A stretch of DNA of 61,406 bases, counting the filler. It is 10 parts of 10 records of this genome, joined end to end, with 100 filler letters (N's around TTAATTAATTAA, not from the genome) between each part and the next. Parts side by side here need not be neighbours in the genome. Positions count along the whole stretch, not along the records: positions 6,644 to 14,369 come from SRR15195285_5083; positions 14,470 to 22,050 come from SRR15195285_5086; 8 more parts are not named here. One strand, given 5' to 3'. The position numbers and the translations under genes were made by a program. Under the pieces are notes generated by a model. The model searched no databases, had not been told where the DNA came from, and saw only the letters and a program-made list of their open reading frames with translations. Shown here piece by piece: positions 11,045-22,150 of this stretch. The first letter of the stretch is position 1; the number at the start of each line of letters is the position of its first letter.

Positions 11045-12910
11045 CTAAGGCAGTGGCGTGCCGTTCGCTTTCGGCTGCTCGATTGCCGCCGCAGCTTCCG
11101 CGGCTTTGTTCGCCTGTAGTTCGTCCGCCAAGTCGATTGCCTCGCGCTCCTTCTGCGCGCCCTCTAGTTTCTCCTGAAGCTGTGCTGCGAGTAGCTGCTG
11201 TTCGGCCTCTCGTTGAGCTAGCGCCTTCTTGAGAGACTCGGCCTCATCAGCAGTCATCGAGGCCATCGGGGTTTCGCCGGCTTGAATCGTCGGTAGCTGC
11301 AGCGGTGGCAGCTTCTGAGCAGAGCCGGGTGCGATGGCAGGATTCTCTGAATCACTACCGGGCGACGGCGAGCGTCCGCGAGGAGTCCCCGGGTTGGAAA
11401 AAGATCGTGGGTCAACGAATGGTAGTGCGTTTACCGCAAGCTGCTTCCCATCCTCCGACATCGGGATCGTGAACGAAGATTTACGCTGGATCGGTGCGCC
11501 GCTCGGGTACTCGCCACCCGCAGAGCTCGGGCGCGAACTGGCTCCTGCCTGGTCCCGTGTGGCCACAGCACTTGAGCCGTGGCTATCACGTTTCGCCTCA
11601 TCATCTGCTGATTCCGATGACACGGGCACCACCTGGTCCCTGCTTGGCGACTCAGTAGAGTTTTTCAGCGTAAGCAGTAGGACGCCCGCGACGACTAGCA
11701 AAATTCCTGTAATAAAGCAGCCCCAACCCAACAAGCCCGTCAGTCCTTTGTACTCTTCGTAGTATATCATTCCAGTGATCGTCATCATCACGATTAAGCT
11801 AGCGTTGTAAGACGGGAAGAACTTCACTGCATTGCAAACCTGCATCCCTGTGTTCAGGTATGCCATCTGCGTCGTGGCAAGCGGAAGAATCGCTACCGCC
11901 GAGGCCCACAGCGCCGGTGAGTCCCATGCTCCCGCGCCCACGAGCTCTCCTGTCCCTTTGAACACGATCTGCATCACCGCACCGTAGGCTCCTGCCATGA
12001 ACGCATAGGATATCGTGACACTCGTCGGCGCCTGGATGCGATTGTTTTCGTCCGATTCCAGCACGTCAGGCATCGTTTTGCGCCAACGCCGCGCCGTGAA
12101 GAACGCGACCAGGATACAAATGACAATGCCGACCGCCATGATCAGAAACGGTGTGCGCGTGTAAAGCACCAGGAGATCGTCCGGCTTGTAGGAAGATTCA
12201 CAGTGCGTGCCGAAGGCTGTGGCAAGCACCACGCCGCTCACGATCACGGCGGTGGCCGCGACGTCCGTTCTCGTCAGCTTTTCGTTCAGAGTGCACGGCG
12301 CGAGGCACTGATTCAGCACCAGTGTCACCGAGGCCAGCGGGGCGACCAGGCTCGCAGCTGCCCAGGTCACGGCAAGTAGGTTGAAGGGCAGCGGGCAAAT
12401 GACCAGCAGGACGAAACCCAAAATCCACAGCGGGGATATGATGAAGCCGAAGACCATCGGCGGGCGCTTATCGACCGGCAGGGCCTGCGTGCGCATGTGC
12501 GCGATCTTCTGAATCACCAACCCGGAGGCCGTGGAGAATGAGGCACCCGTAGAACTCAGAATGCCCAAGATCCACAGGTCCGACGTGTACCGCGAGCAGT
12601 GCTCTTTGCACGTGGTCGGCGGCGTGTCGGTGCACGCCGTCTCGATGCGGACGAGGTTCGCTTCGGCGTCGCACCCCTCCTGCTTGCAGACGCAGAATCC
12701 TGCGGTCTCGATCGGTGTGTCACACGCGCCATCATTTCGATCACGCCAGGTGTCCAGGTCCAAGTCAGCTGTACACTCCGTCCAGCTCTCATGCCGCAGG
12801 CACGTCAGCGGCGCCGCGCCCCCGGGCGCCGCCATCCCCGCGCCCAGCATCGCAATCGCGACCATTCGCGTGCTGCCCGTCCTTGCACCGTTCCCTTTTC
12901 TCCCCGCCAT
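11045..12910 (-). CDS. NIPA: NIPA-family (DMT superfamily) Mg2+ transporter-like protein with signal peptide and Cys-rich N-terminal ectodomain
   Basis: Motifs GLVIQK, PLWILGF, AAASLVAPLASVTLVLN, LNEKL, QMAYLNTG and GMIYYEEY are typical of NIPA proteins; about 9 TM segments. The likely ATG is 12910 (MAGRKG); the ORF track extends further upstream. Confidence 0.85.
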   Translation of the reverse strand: MAGRKGNGARTGSTRMVAIAMLGAGMAAPGGAAPLTCLRHESWTECTADLDLDTWRDRNDGACDTPIETAGFCVCKQEGCDAEANLVRIETACTDTPPTTCKEHCSRYTSDLWILGILSSTGASFSTASGLVIQKIAHMRTQALPVDKRPPMVFGFIISPLWILGFVLLVICPLPFNLLAVTWAAASLVAPLASVTLVLNQCLAPCTLNEKLTRTDVAATAVIVSGVVLATAFGTHCESSYKPDDLLVLYTRTPFLIMAVGIVICILVAFFTARRWRKTMPDVLESDENNRIQAPTSVTISYAFMAGAYGAVMQIVFKGTGELVGAGAWDSPALWASAVAILPLATTQMAYLNTGMQVCNAVKFFPSYNASLIVMMTITGMIYYEEYKGLTGLLGWGCFITGILLVVAGVLLLTLKNSTESPSRDQVVPVSSESADDEAKRDSHGSSAVATRDQAGASSRPSSAGGEYPSGAPIQRKSSFTIPMSEDGKQLAVNALPFVDPRSFSNPGTPRGRSPSPGSDSENPAIAPGSAQKLPPLQLPTIQAGETPMASMTADEAESLKKALAQREAEQQLLAAQLQEKLEGAQKEREAIDLADELQANKAAEAAAAIEQPKANGTPLP

Positions 12911-14369
12911 CCCTCGCCCCACGGGGAGGGGAGCGGGCCCACAACCACCCACCCAGCCCCAGCACCTTCCGGACGGACGTCTCAACCCGTCAGCTTCAGG
13001 TTTCGGGGAGCATGGCGAGGGTGGCAGGGGGTGGCAGCGCAGCCATCGGCGCCATTCCGCGTAACTTTTTCGTCGCAGCCGTACCGTTCGTTCCCTATAG
13101 TACATGTATAGGAATTCCTATGAAATTACCATCAATAGACTAGCTACTAGTACAGCTGTGTCACTGTATGGGGAATGGTACCGAGTAGTATTACCGCCGT
13201 TTACTGTACACACAGTACAGCTCTACCGGCGTGCACGCAGGCCCGTCAGCCTGCACTATCCGTGATCATACGGTATCCTGTACTACCGTACATGTAGATC
13301 TCCCGGATAGTAGGATCCTACCGGATGTCGAGTACTACTCATCCCCCATGTTTCTGGTGGGAATTCCTATTCATGAATTCTATGAATAGAATAGGCGATC
13401 GGGGAGTAATTTCAGCAAAGAAAGCATGATCCAGGTCAAGGAATCGGCAGCCAGCACCAGGTCGATTCTATCAATACATTCTTGGCCCGCGCGGTCGCCG
13501 GCTACAGTCATGGCTACACAGTGTACACTAGTACTGTACAGTATAACCGTCCCCAGGTCCCGCCCGACACGCGACCGCCTGGATGACGATGAGGAATCAA
13601 CAATTGATATCCCCTGCGCCCTGGCCCTGCGCGCGGTCCCCCCCCCGGGATTCACCCACACTGTCGATCGCGCACCGCTGACGCACTGCGCTGGCGTCCT
13701 TCGGTCATCAAAATTTTCGAGAAAGACGGTCTCGAACTTGACGGGAAGGGGGAGTTCAATATGCAGCAAAGGCCCATAATTATCAGTGTTTGACAAATCA
13801 ACGCTCATTATAAAATAATGAAAACTTCGCTGGTACTTCTACCCAAAACTGTATATTTTTCGGGGGTCGCTTCCCTTTTTCAAGATTGTATTATCAATCA
13901 GAAGCGTTGGAATTTTTTGGAAATCTCGCGATGTACGTTGTACCGTACTTTTCTTTTCAAATGCCTGTGCGGTCTGTATTGGAAAGTCTTACAATTCTGT
14001 TCTCGCTCTGTACGGGTCCACCCACTCGGCGTCGAGGGTGTAGGATTCCTACTGAGAAACGACCTGAGCGCGAGGAGCCCATGGCGGTGATGGCGATGGC
14101 AATGGCGATGGTGGGATAAGCTACAACAGAATGGTACCACTCTCCAAGACAGACTAGCTCGGGGGGGGTTGTTGCAGCAATGGCAAGCCGGGAGACGTTC
14201 GGGGGCGCGAGGCATCGGGTGGTGGACCCGTTCTTGAGGGTTGGGACGGCGAGCCCGCAGCAGCCTCGAGGAAATGACGGGGCGACGAGACGCACGGGCT
14301 CCGCGCTGCTGCTGTCTGGGGGGCCGGGGGGCGGGGGGAGGGGGGCGAGGCGTACAACCTCTACGCTCA

Positions 14370-14469
14370 NNNNNNNNNNNNNNNNNNNNNNNNNNNNNNN
14401 NNNNNNNNNNNNNTTAATTAATTAANNNNNNNNNNNNNNNNNNNNNNNNNNNNNNNNNNNNNNNNNNNN
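14370..14469. other. Artificial contig spacer
   Basis: N-run/TTAATTAATTAA/N-run. Confidence 0.99.
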
Positions 14470-15046
14470 GCGCCGGCATGGACCGGCGCAGCACTGTGCG
14501 AGTGAACAAGGAGCGGCTTGGACGCGGCGGCACTGACTGCAGCGCGAGAGACAAAGACGATTATCGACGCGCAGAAGCCAGTCACGAAGCAGTCACTGTG
14601 GCTGACAGAAAATCAGGTAGCCACAGTAGAAGCAGGCCGATGGGCCAGAGAAGATATGATCACCAATGGGAATCGATTTATTGAGAGGATGTATTTCAAA
14701 GTCAGAGAGGGATTTGAAAAGGGCGACATTGATCCGCGGTACATTAACACGAAGCTGAATGTGTCAGATGTGTTCACGAAAGATGCAAGTCGTGAGGTGG
14801 TAACGCTGATGCAGAAGATAATTAGTGGACAAGTGCCGTGGCCTACGCGGCGAACAAGTTAGCATCGACAGACGATATTGCCGAGACCTACTTCGCCCTG
14901 CACGAGCAGTCACCGCTCGGATGGTCGAACGAGATCGATGTCCGACCGTTTCAAGAGGGTTGGAGCTGCTAGCAATGCACCACTCCCTACCTTTACGGAC
15001 CACCGGGACAGATGCTTAAGAGAAATAAACGGCGGCCAATCGTACA
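14470..15046 (+). mobile_element. Ty1/copia LTR-retrotransposon remnant (3' end of pol RNase H, possible PPT and short LTR)
   Basis: GNRFIERMYFKVREGFEKGDIDPRYINTKLNVSDVFTK matches the copia RNase H C-terminal pattern (KHI..RYH.VRE....G.I...YV.T..N.AD.FTK). The purine run AAGAGGG is followed by TG(14961)..AATAAA..CA(15046); LTR boundaries are tentative. Confidence 0.7.
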
Positions 15047-15065
15047 TTGTACATATCGTTGACAC

Positions 15066-18000
15066 TCACTGCGTATCTAGTACATCCGAAGTCCACCCTT
15101 CAGCCTTGACAGGGTTTGCATCGCTCGTGTGCAGCCAACAACAATGCGTTAAGGTGGCCCAATGACACACTGCTCCAGTGAGGCTCGCATTGATCTGGTA
15201 CGACCAGTGTTTACACGCCGGATCCTGGTCACAGATTGCACAACATTCTGTCGCGTTTGCCGCAGTGCGAGGGCCGTTCCCGTCTGCGTAAAGCTGGTTG
15301 TCGAGTTTCACGCCAACATGTGACGAGCAGGGGCGTGGCTTCGGAGGCTGCAGAAGTGAGCCCCACTTGGCCGACAATTGTCTGGACAGCGTGATTGTTT
15401 GGGATTCCGTTGGAGTCTGATCGTAGGCTGTTGTGGTATCGAGTGTGAACGCGACCGACCGCCGCATCACTGCCGTCCACACGACAGCACGTCAATCACT
15501 CTACAAGAACGGTAACTTATCTGGCGAGATTAGGCAGCTAATGATTTTGACTCGTGTCTAGAATGTCGCACCACAGTCTGTTAAGTTTGCCTTGTTCACA
15601 CCAGAGTTGTGGTGCCCAGCTCTTACAATCGAAAACAGTGGACTTGACGGTGGCGAGGGGCTGCCTGAAGATATTGGGGTACTTCCTTTGCGCGCCTGGT
15701 ACTGACCACCTTGATAAGTGATCCCACCACAATCGTGGTGCTGGCAGCACCACGACTGTGCAGCTGCTAAGGTATTGGCAAACGGCATACTTCCAGCTGC
15801 AACACCAGCAGCTGAAGTCCACGTACAGCCAGCCAGACTTAAGCCGAGATGTAGATAAAGAAAACGAGGAGAAATTTGGTTCCAGAATGCTGACGGTTGT
15901 CGTGGTTCTCACGGTAATCTGCAAGGTATGCGTCGTTCACTTTTGCGCCCCATCTGCAGGTGGATGGTGATGGAGGTGGGGGCATAGTCTTTGGAAGGTC
16001 TATGGCCACCTGCTCGAGGTAACACTCAGCGCGAGGCACTGCGCATGACAGCTTTGTTAGTGTCTATTGCTGGAGCAAGCGAAGTTGCTGCGCAAGACAA
16101 CGCGTCGGTCGCACCGTAGAAGTCACGGATGAGGCCAGACCACTGTTTTCCAGCGTACGTATCCAAGCCCTGTAGCTGAGTGTAGGTCGCAGGTTGCTTC
16201 GCCTGTTCTGCGCTGACTGGTTGCCACGTCGAGACCTGTTCGCACGCAAGCCGGCCGCCGGATGCAATGACATGAGTTAGACATCCAGCGGCAGTCAGCC
16301 TTCTGCGTGTGGAAGTCAGGTCTTACTCACCTGAGATTTGGCTTGCCACTCGAAATAAGAACTCGAAGCGTCAGACGGTGTGGAGGAATTTGCCCATTGC
16401 TTGGCGTCAGCAATCCATGGGCCGAGCAAAAAGCCTCTCTCTGTCACATTGTCGAGCATCAATCGGTAAGCTCTGACTTCGATTGGCTCATCGCTGCCAG
16501 TATTGTAAAGCAATGGCGTCTACGAAAGGGACAAAACGCACCACAGGCGAGCAGCTTGTCGAGGTCTGCAAATATCTCCATCAACAGGCCACCAGCTTTG
16601 AGTGCACTATCTCGGTCTTGATTCGAAACTGCGGTGGTGATGTTTAAAATTGAAATACTGCTGAGCTGCGCGAGCAGCTCTCTGCCGACATTGATGATGT
16701 CATAGTTTAGCGTGTCAGGAATGGCGTTGCCGTGGGGTGAAGCCTTGGCGAGAGTCTCGGCACAGAAGATCAATTGATCAAACGCTCCACGCATTGCTGT
16801 CAAATTCATAGTGCGAATGGAGCCTTCAGGCGCCCCCGTTCCATAGATCCAGCTCGGAACCAGATCCCAGGCCCACGTGACGCCTGTGTTATCGTGCCAC
16901 CCACCGGCCTGTGAGTGATAGACCTGTTCGAGCAACACAGCCCACGCTGAGGTGGCTGCCTCGCAATCTGGCCGCCCCTTGCACCCACCGACGTACCCAT
17001 ACCGTCGCGCTGCGTAGGTACCAAACCATTCCTCCAACGGCTGGTGCTGCACATGCCAAGCTGTGTCGTATGCGTACTCATAATACGCTGGGTTCTGGTC
17101 AATGCCCTCAGGCGTTGCGCCGGTGCCAATGATGCTGGCCCCTGCTTGCAGCGCGTCCGATGGCATCGTCTGCATCATCCGCATGTCTCCCTTCATTCCG
17201 TCGTTACCTCCCATGTTGTGTAGTGTCGTCCAAATGAACGGCGCCCCAAAGAACGAGTAGTTGCCGCTGTACCTCCAAATTCCTGAGATGTCCATATCCA
17301 GGGGGATCCACTGGCCGTGCGGGACGACGTCGAAGAGCGCGCGCAGGCGGGACATTCCAGCCTCATCACTCCAGCCGCGAATTGCCCAGCCCTGATACAA
17401 CCAGTGTGCCTGCGGGTCCGTTCGAGCCATCCCTTCCCACGCACCCTTCCAAACAACTGTCCAGGCTGGGTCCGGTTCGACTTTCATCGCGTCGAAGCTG
17501 GGGTTGGAAGGGTCACGGACCTCGTCGCCGTTCAAGTTAGCAATGTCATCGCCGGATGCATCCCATGGTGGCGGCAGACCCGTAAAGAACCCGTCGCACT
17601 GGTACCAGTGATCCGTGCCCCAATCATCGATCATAATTTGCATCCACTGATCAGCAACCTGGCCGAACAGTGGATCCGAACCCGAGACCCAGGCGCAGAC
17701 CCCTTTCGTGGACTCTTCATCCCCCGGCTTCCCATGCCAAGTGTTAGGATGAGCTGAAACATTTGCATAAGGGTGGCTCCATTTGATCTGAGGTGGCATG
17801 TTGCCTTGAAACGCGGGCAGCACTCCAATTATTCCAAGTGGACGAGCCATCGCCAGAATCTGTTTTTGCAGCGCCCACTGCTTCTGCATCCACGATCTGG
17901 GCAATGGAGCTCCGACACCCTGCATAGACTGCCCACGAGACCAGGTCAGGTAGGCTGGTCCGTTGAAGAAGGAGCGGATCTCGATGTCGCTGAGATTGAA

Positions 18001-18603
18001 CTTGCGGAACGTCTTGTACTGGATCTCTTCCTGGCCTGTGACCGCGTAGAACCTGTTGATGCCAGCCAGCGCCATCCAGTCCACGTGCTGCCGCCACATC
18101 GCCTCAGTGTACCACGGGTAGCTGTAGCTGTGCGTGCAGACGTTGTCCTCCCACGAAAGCGGTACAGCGCGATGCAGTGCAAATCCTGACGCCCCTATGC
18201 GCGGCCACGTGGTCATCCGTGCACCGCCCAGCTCCTGCGTGTAGCTGCCACCACCTGTCGGCCAGCCCACCGTCATGGCGCAGTAAAACCGCAGGTAGTA
18301 CCCGATCCCGTAGGTGAGCTCAGACACGCTGCTCGCTTCCACACGCAGCTTGCCGGCCGGGGCATCCGTGAGCGCGAAGCAGGGCGGCGCGGCGTTGGCG
18401 CAGTGCTGACCCTCTGGCAGCAGCAGCAGCTCAAAGTGTTCAACAGCATCGGCACCCAACACCCGCCCAATCAGCTCCGCCGCAGGTGCAGTGCTGTTCG
18501 CTGCGGCGGGATGCCAATGCGTAATGCCGGCGGTTGAGGGCAGCAAAGTGGCGCTTAGCAGCGCCCACGCGAACCACCGCAGCCGCTGCCCTCCGTGCAG
18601 CAT
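15066..18603 (-). CDS. NAGLU: Alpha-N-acetylglucosaminidase (GH89) with an inserted Cys-rich module and a C-terminal PAN/Apple-like domain (exons 18603-16542, 16440-16331, 16235-16115, 16038-15913, 15811-15572, 15469-15066)
   Basis: Signal peptide plus GH89 motifs NVCTHSYS, DWMALAGIN, GPAYLTWSR, VLPAFQG, WLYQGW, LHNMGGN and TPEGIDQN. After splicing, GFLLGPW, YFEWQAKSQVSTW and YAGKQWSGLIRDFY appear. All five introns are GT-AG and preserve frame. Confidence 0.92.
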
Positions 18604-19305
18604 ACCCTCCCGAACGCTTCGGGTACTACTATCCTACAGCAGGACCTTCCGTTTCAACCGAGCTCTCTGTCTCTCTCTCTCTCTCTCGGAGATCCGTTAG
18701 AATCTCAGATGTGCCGATCGCAGTGCCACGCTGCACGCCGAGCCACCCGCGCGGTGGTCGTCAGGAGGATCGACCTCCGTCGCTTGCGCGGACAGTACAG
18801 TAGTAACGAGAGTACAGTACTATGCGTGTACACAGCACCACCGCCAGATGAGCACGACCGCTATCGACAGACAGCAGCTGTACCTGTTGAGGTACGTATC
18901 CGGCGGTACGTAGCGCCGGGCGGAGGTACCGCCGCGGGTGTGGTGAGGATCCCGGCGCGCGGGCTTATAATATAAGTAAATTGCATGATAGCGCTAAACA
19001 CCGCGCGGTCATGCGTATTAGTATTAGCATTAGAAGGGTATATAATAGCTGAACCTTCGGCTTACGCTTAGTGCACATACTACTACTACCGGTACTAGTA
19101 GTAGCCATACAAGTTTGCATTTCAATTTGGTGCTCAGACGCGAGACGGATGTCGGGATGGCGGTGAGACTCATGAGTCATGACCAATCTTTTCAGTCTCT
19201 TTTCGAAAGCAGTCAGACAGACGTCAGTCGAGTCACGTGGACGGAGCAGCAACGAATAGCCTGTGCTGTGTGGCGCTGTTGGGGTCCTCGTCGATGGGGC
19301 GGAGG

Positions 19306-19465
19306 GCCACCACCAGCCCCATCAGCACCACCACCAGCTAGTAGTAGCACCAGCTAGTAGTAGCAGCAGCAGCACCACCAGCCCCACCAGCCCCAGCAGC
19401 AGCAGCTAGTAGCACCAGCAGCTAGTATTAGCACCAGCAGCTAGCAGCTAGCAGCAGCAGCAGCA
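19306..19465. repeat. Low-complexity CAG/TAG/CAC microsatellite tract
   Basis: Runs such as cagctagtagtagcagcagcagcaccacca. Confidence 0.8.
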
Positions 19466-19630
19466 GGCGCTCGGGATAGCAGCGAGAGAGAGCAGCGCGC
19501 GGGGCGTTCGAGGCGAAGCCGGGCGGTGTGGCGCACGGAGACCTGCCGCCGCCGCGCCAGCCTGCTGGACGGTAGGCTGCTGGACGTCGTGACGGGCCGC
19601 TCTGGCGCCACATGCGGAGGTAGCTCGCAG
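19462..19630 (+). pseudogene. Degenerate duplicate of coding segment 20112-20240 of the downstream gene
   Basis: Shares TTCGAGGCGAAG, GGCGGTGTGGCGCACGGAGACCTG, CCGCGCCAGCCTG and GCTGGACGTCGTGA with 20135-20210, interrupted by short insertions. Confidence 0.75.
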
Positions 19631-19885
19631 CATGTGAGTCATCTCGGCAGCGCTCTCAGCAGAGGCCGATCGACAGTCGGCCCGAACGTCTGCTGGTGGG
19701 CCGGCTATTGGCTCGGGCCCATTGTGGCAGCGGCGGGAGTGCGCTGTCCCTACAGGACACCTCTGGCAGCCTTCCAATTGGGGGAGTCCGGCCGGCACAG
19801 CCTCGTCATCCAGAGGGACGAGCGAGAGATGTTGAGGGACGCTTACATAGACTGTCCGGTGTAGTGTAAGCGCGCGTGTGGCGAT

Positions 19886-22050
19886 ATGATGCGCCACGGC
19901 GAGCACTCGCGCCGGAAGGCCGACAAGCCGCGGGTGCTCTGGCACCCCGAGGCGCCACCCGAGATGCGCCAGCCCCCGAGCCTGCCGCAGCTGAGCGAGA
20001 GCGGCGCGGGGGAGGAGGGCAGCGCCGCGCAAGCGGGCGGGAAGAAGAAGCAGCGCAGGCCGAGCCCAAAGCGGAGCGCCGTCACAAAGTTCAAAGAGCC
20101 GCAGCCGTCAGAGCAGGAGCTCGAAATCCAGCGGGCATTCGAGGCGAAGGCGGTGTGGCGCACGGAGACCTGGCACCGCGCCAGCCTGGACGGCAGGCTG
20201 GACGTCGTGAAGGACATGGAGGTCAAGCGCTACGCAGCTCGGCCGGAGACACCAGAGGAGCCCTCCTGGAAAGGCGTCGTTGAGCCACCGCCTGGCGGTT
20301 CCGCGCTGTCCAAGAAGATGTACGAACAGATCCAAGGGATGGTGCACATCCCGGAGGTCGAGCGACCCGTCGATATGGAGAGGCCTAGGGGGCTGCCGTT
20401 CCACGGCGAAGAGCTCCGCAAGATCCGCGAGCGCGACCGAGCGCGGCGCAAGGCCGCTGCTGAGGAGGAGGCCGCGGGGGGTGCAGCAGCACCGGCACAG
20501 GCAGCGAGCCCTTCGCCACGAGGTGGCCGCATCTCAGCATCTCCGACAATGCGTCGGCGCTCGCCCTGCACCCCTGTCAAGAAAGGGCGAGCGGCGCAGA
20601 GCCCGCCCGCGGCTCCACCGACGCCACAAACGCCGCTGACTCCGCAGACGCCGACAGGCATAGCCGAGCCGCCGCCATCACCCACGTCGTCGCCAATCTC
20701 CGCGAAGCAGCGGTGGGCTGGCGCGCGCAGTAAGCTCAAGGTCGCTGCAGTGATGGGTGCGCAGCTCAAACAGAAGCGGCAGGAAACGACGAAGCTTGCC
20801 GCGCGCTCGCGCTGGAAGGCTGGTGGGCTGCTGGCAAAGCAGAAGCTCGAGCAGCAGAAGCAGGCAGCCCAAGGGCTCGACAACAAGGTGCTGACGGGCG
20901 CAATGGCGTGGAAGAAAAAGGCGGCCCAGCGTAAAGAGCAGGCAGAGGCCGAGGCCGCCGCCACAGAGCAACGGGCTAAGAACAGTGCCATGTTTGCTGC
21001 GGTGGTGCAGGGCGATGCGGAGGTGGTGCTCATGGCACTGCAGGAGGGGGCAGAGGTGGACGCTCTCAACGCCGGCGGTTTGACGGTCACTCAGCTCGCC
21101 GTCGAGCGGGGGCGTGGGGCAGTCGTGAGGGCTGTCAAGACCTATCAGCGCGAGCAGCTCGACACGGCGGTGGCTGAGGTATGGGAAAATTATAGTGCCC
21201 ACCTCGAGCAAGAGGGGGAAGGTGAGATCGGCGAATCTCCCAAGCAGAAAAACTCAGCCAAGATCCTCTGGAAGAAGGCGGCAGAGCTCGTGGACCCGAA
21301 TCCCATTGTTACAGCAGCAGCGGCAGCGAAGGCAAAGGCACAAGAGGAGGGGCAGGAATCAAAGGGATCGCTTGCAGTGCTTCAGGAGGGGAAGTCGATT
21401 CAGGCAGCGCTCGACCGCGCGGCTCCAATCCTGGCGCAACTGGAAAGCCTAGAAAGCCTGCTCAAAACAAGTGCGGCCAGCCCTCTGATTTGATTCGACC
21501 GATTGTCATCATGCCCCGCCGTATGCTCGCAGCTCAAGTCACCCCTCCTTGATGGACTTGATACACTCTTCTTGCTGCTTTCTTTCGCAGAAGCTTCGCA
21601 GGAGCAATCCGCAGCGATTGTCCCTGAGATACTTGATGCCCACAAGAAGAAGCTCTCTCGAATGCGCAAGTGGAAACGCAAGCTTGAAGTGGCGAACCGC
21701 AGGAAGCAAGAGAAGGAGGAGGCTTGGACGAGCGAGCTCAACAGGTTCAGAGATGGTGCGCGCATTTGTCGGTGCCACTCACAGCCGTGTTGGATGACAC
21801 GACAGTCGTGTGTGTCTTGCAGCCGCGCGGAACGCAGAGCTGAAGCAACTTGCACGTGAGGCGGAGAAAGAGCGCGCCGAGCGCACCACGATGGAGGAGG
21901 CGAAACAGCAGGAGAAAAAACGACTCGCGCTCGAGGTGGCGGCACAGCGTCGTGCGGTTGAGCTGGCCGAGATCAAGGCTGCTGCGAAGCAGCAAGAGGA
22001 AGCGCGGCAGCAGGCGCTGCAGAAACTCGACGGCAAGTCACCAACAACCC
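19886..22050 (+). CDS. Ankyrin-repeat, coiled-coil/Pro-rich protein, 3'-truncated by the contig end (introns 21471-21590 and 21756-21822)
   Basis: Ankyrin-like MFAAVVQGDAEVVLMALQEGAEVDALNAGGLTVTQLAVERGRGAVV. Two GTGCG..CAG introns join the downstream coiled-coil exons in frame. The start codon is uncertain. Confidence 0.7.
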
Positions 22051-22150
22051 NNNNNNNNNNNNNNNNNNNNNNNNNNNNNNNNNNNNNNNNNNNNTTAATT
22101 AATTAANNNNNNNNNNNNNNNNNNNNNNNNNNNNNNNNNNNNNNNNNNNN
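22051..22150. other. Artificial contig spacer
   Basis: N-run/TTAATTAATTAA/N-run. Confidence 0.99.

Noticed and set aside
6919-13985. 14-nt inverted match TTTCCAATACAGAC near both ends of contig 2, as transposon TIRs
   Set aside because: Matches of this length are expected by chance in 61 kb, the flanks do not extend convincingly, and there is no transposase inside.
13620-14170. AT-rich stretch bounded by C-run and G-run as a MITE
   Set aside because: No clear TIR or target-site duplication could be established from a single copy.
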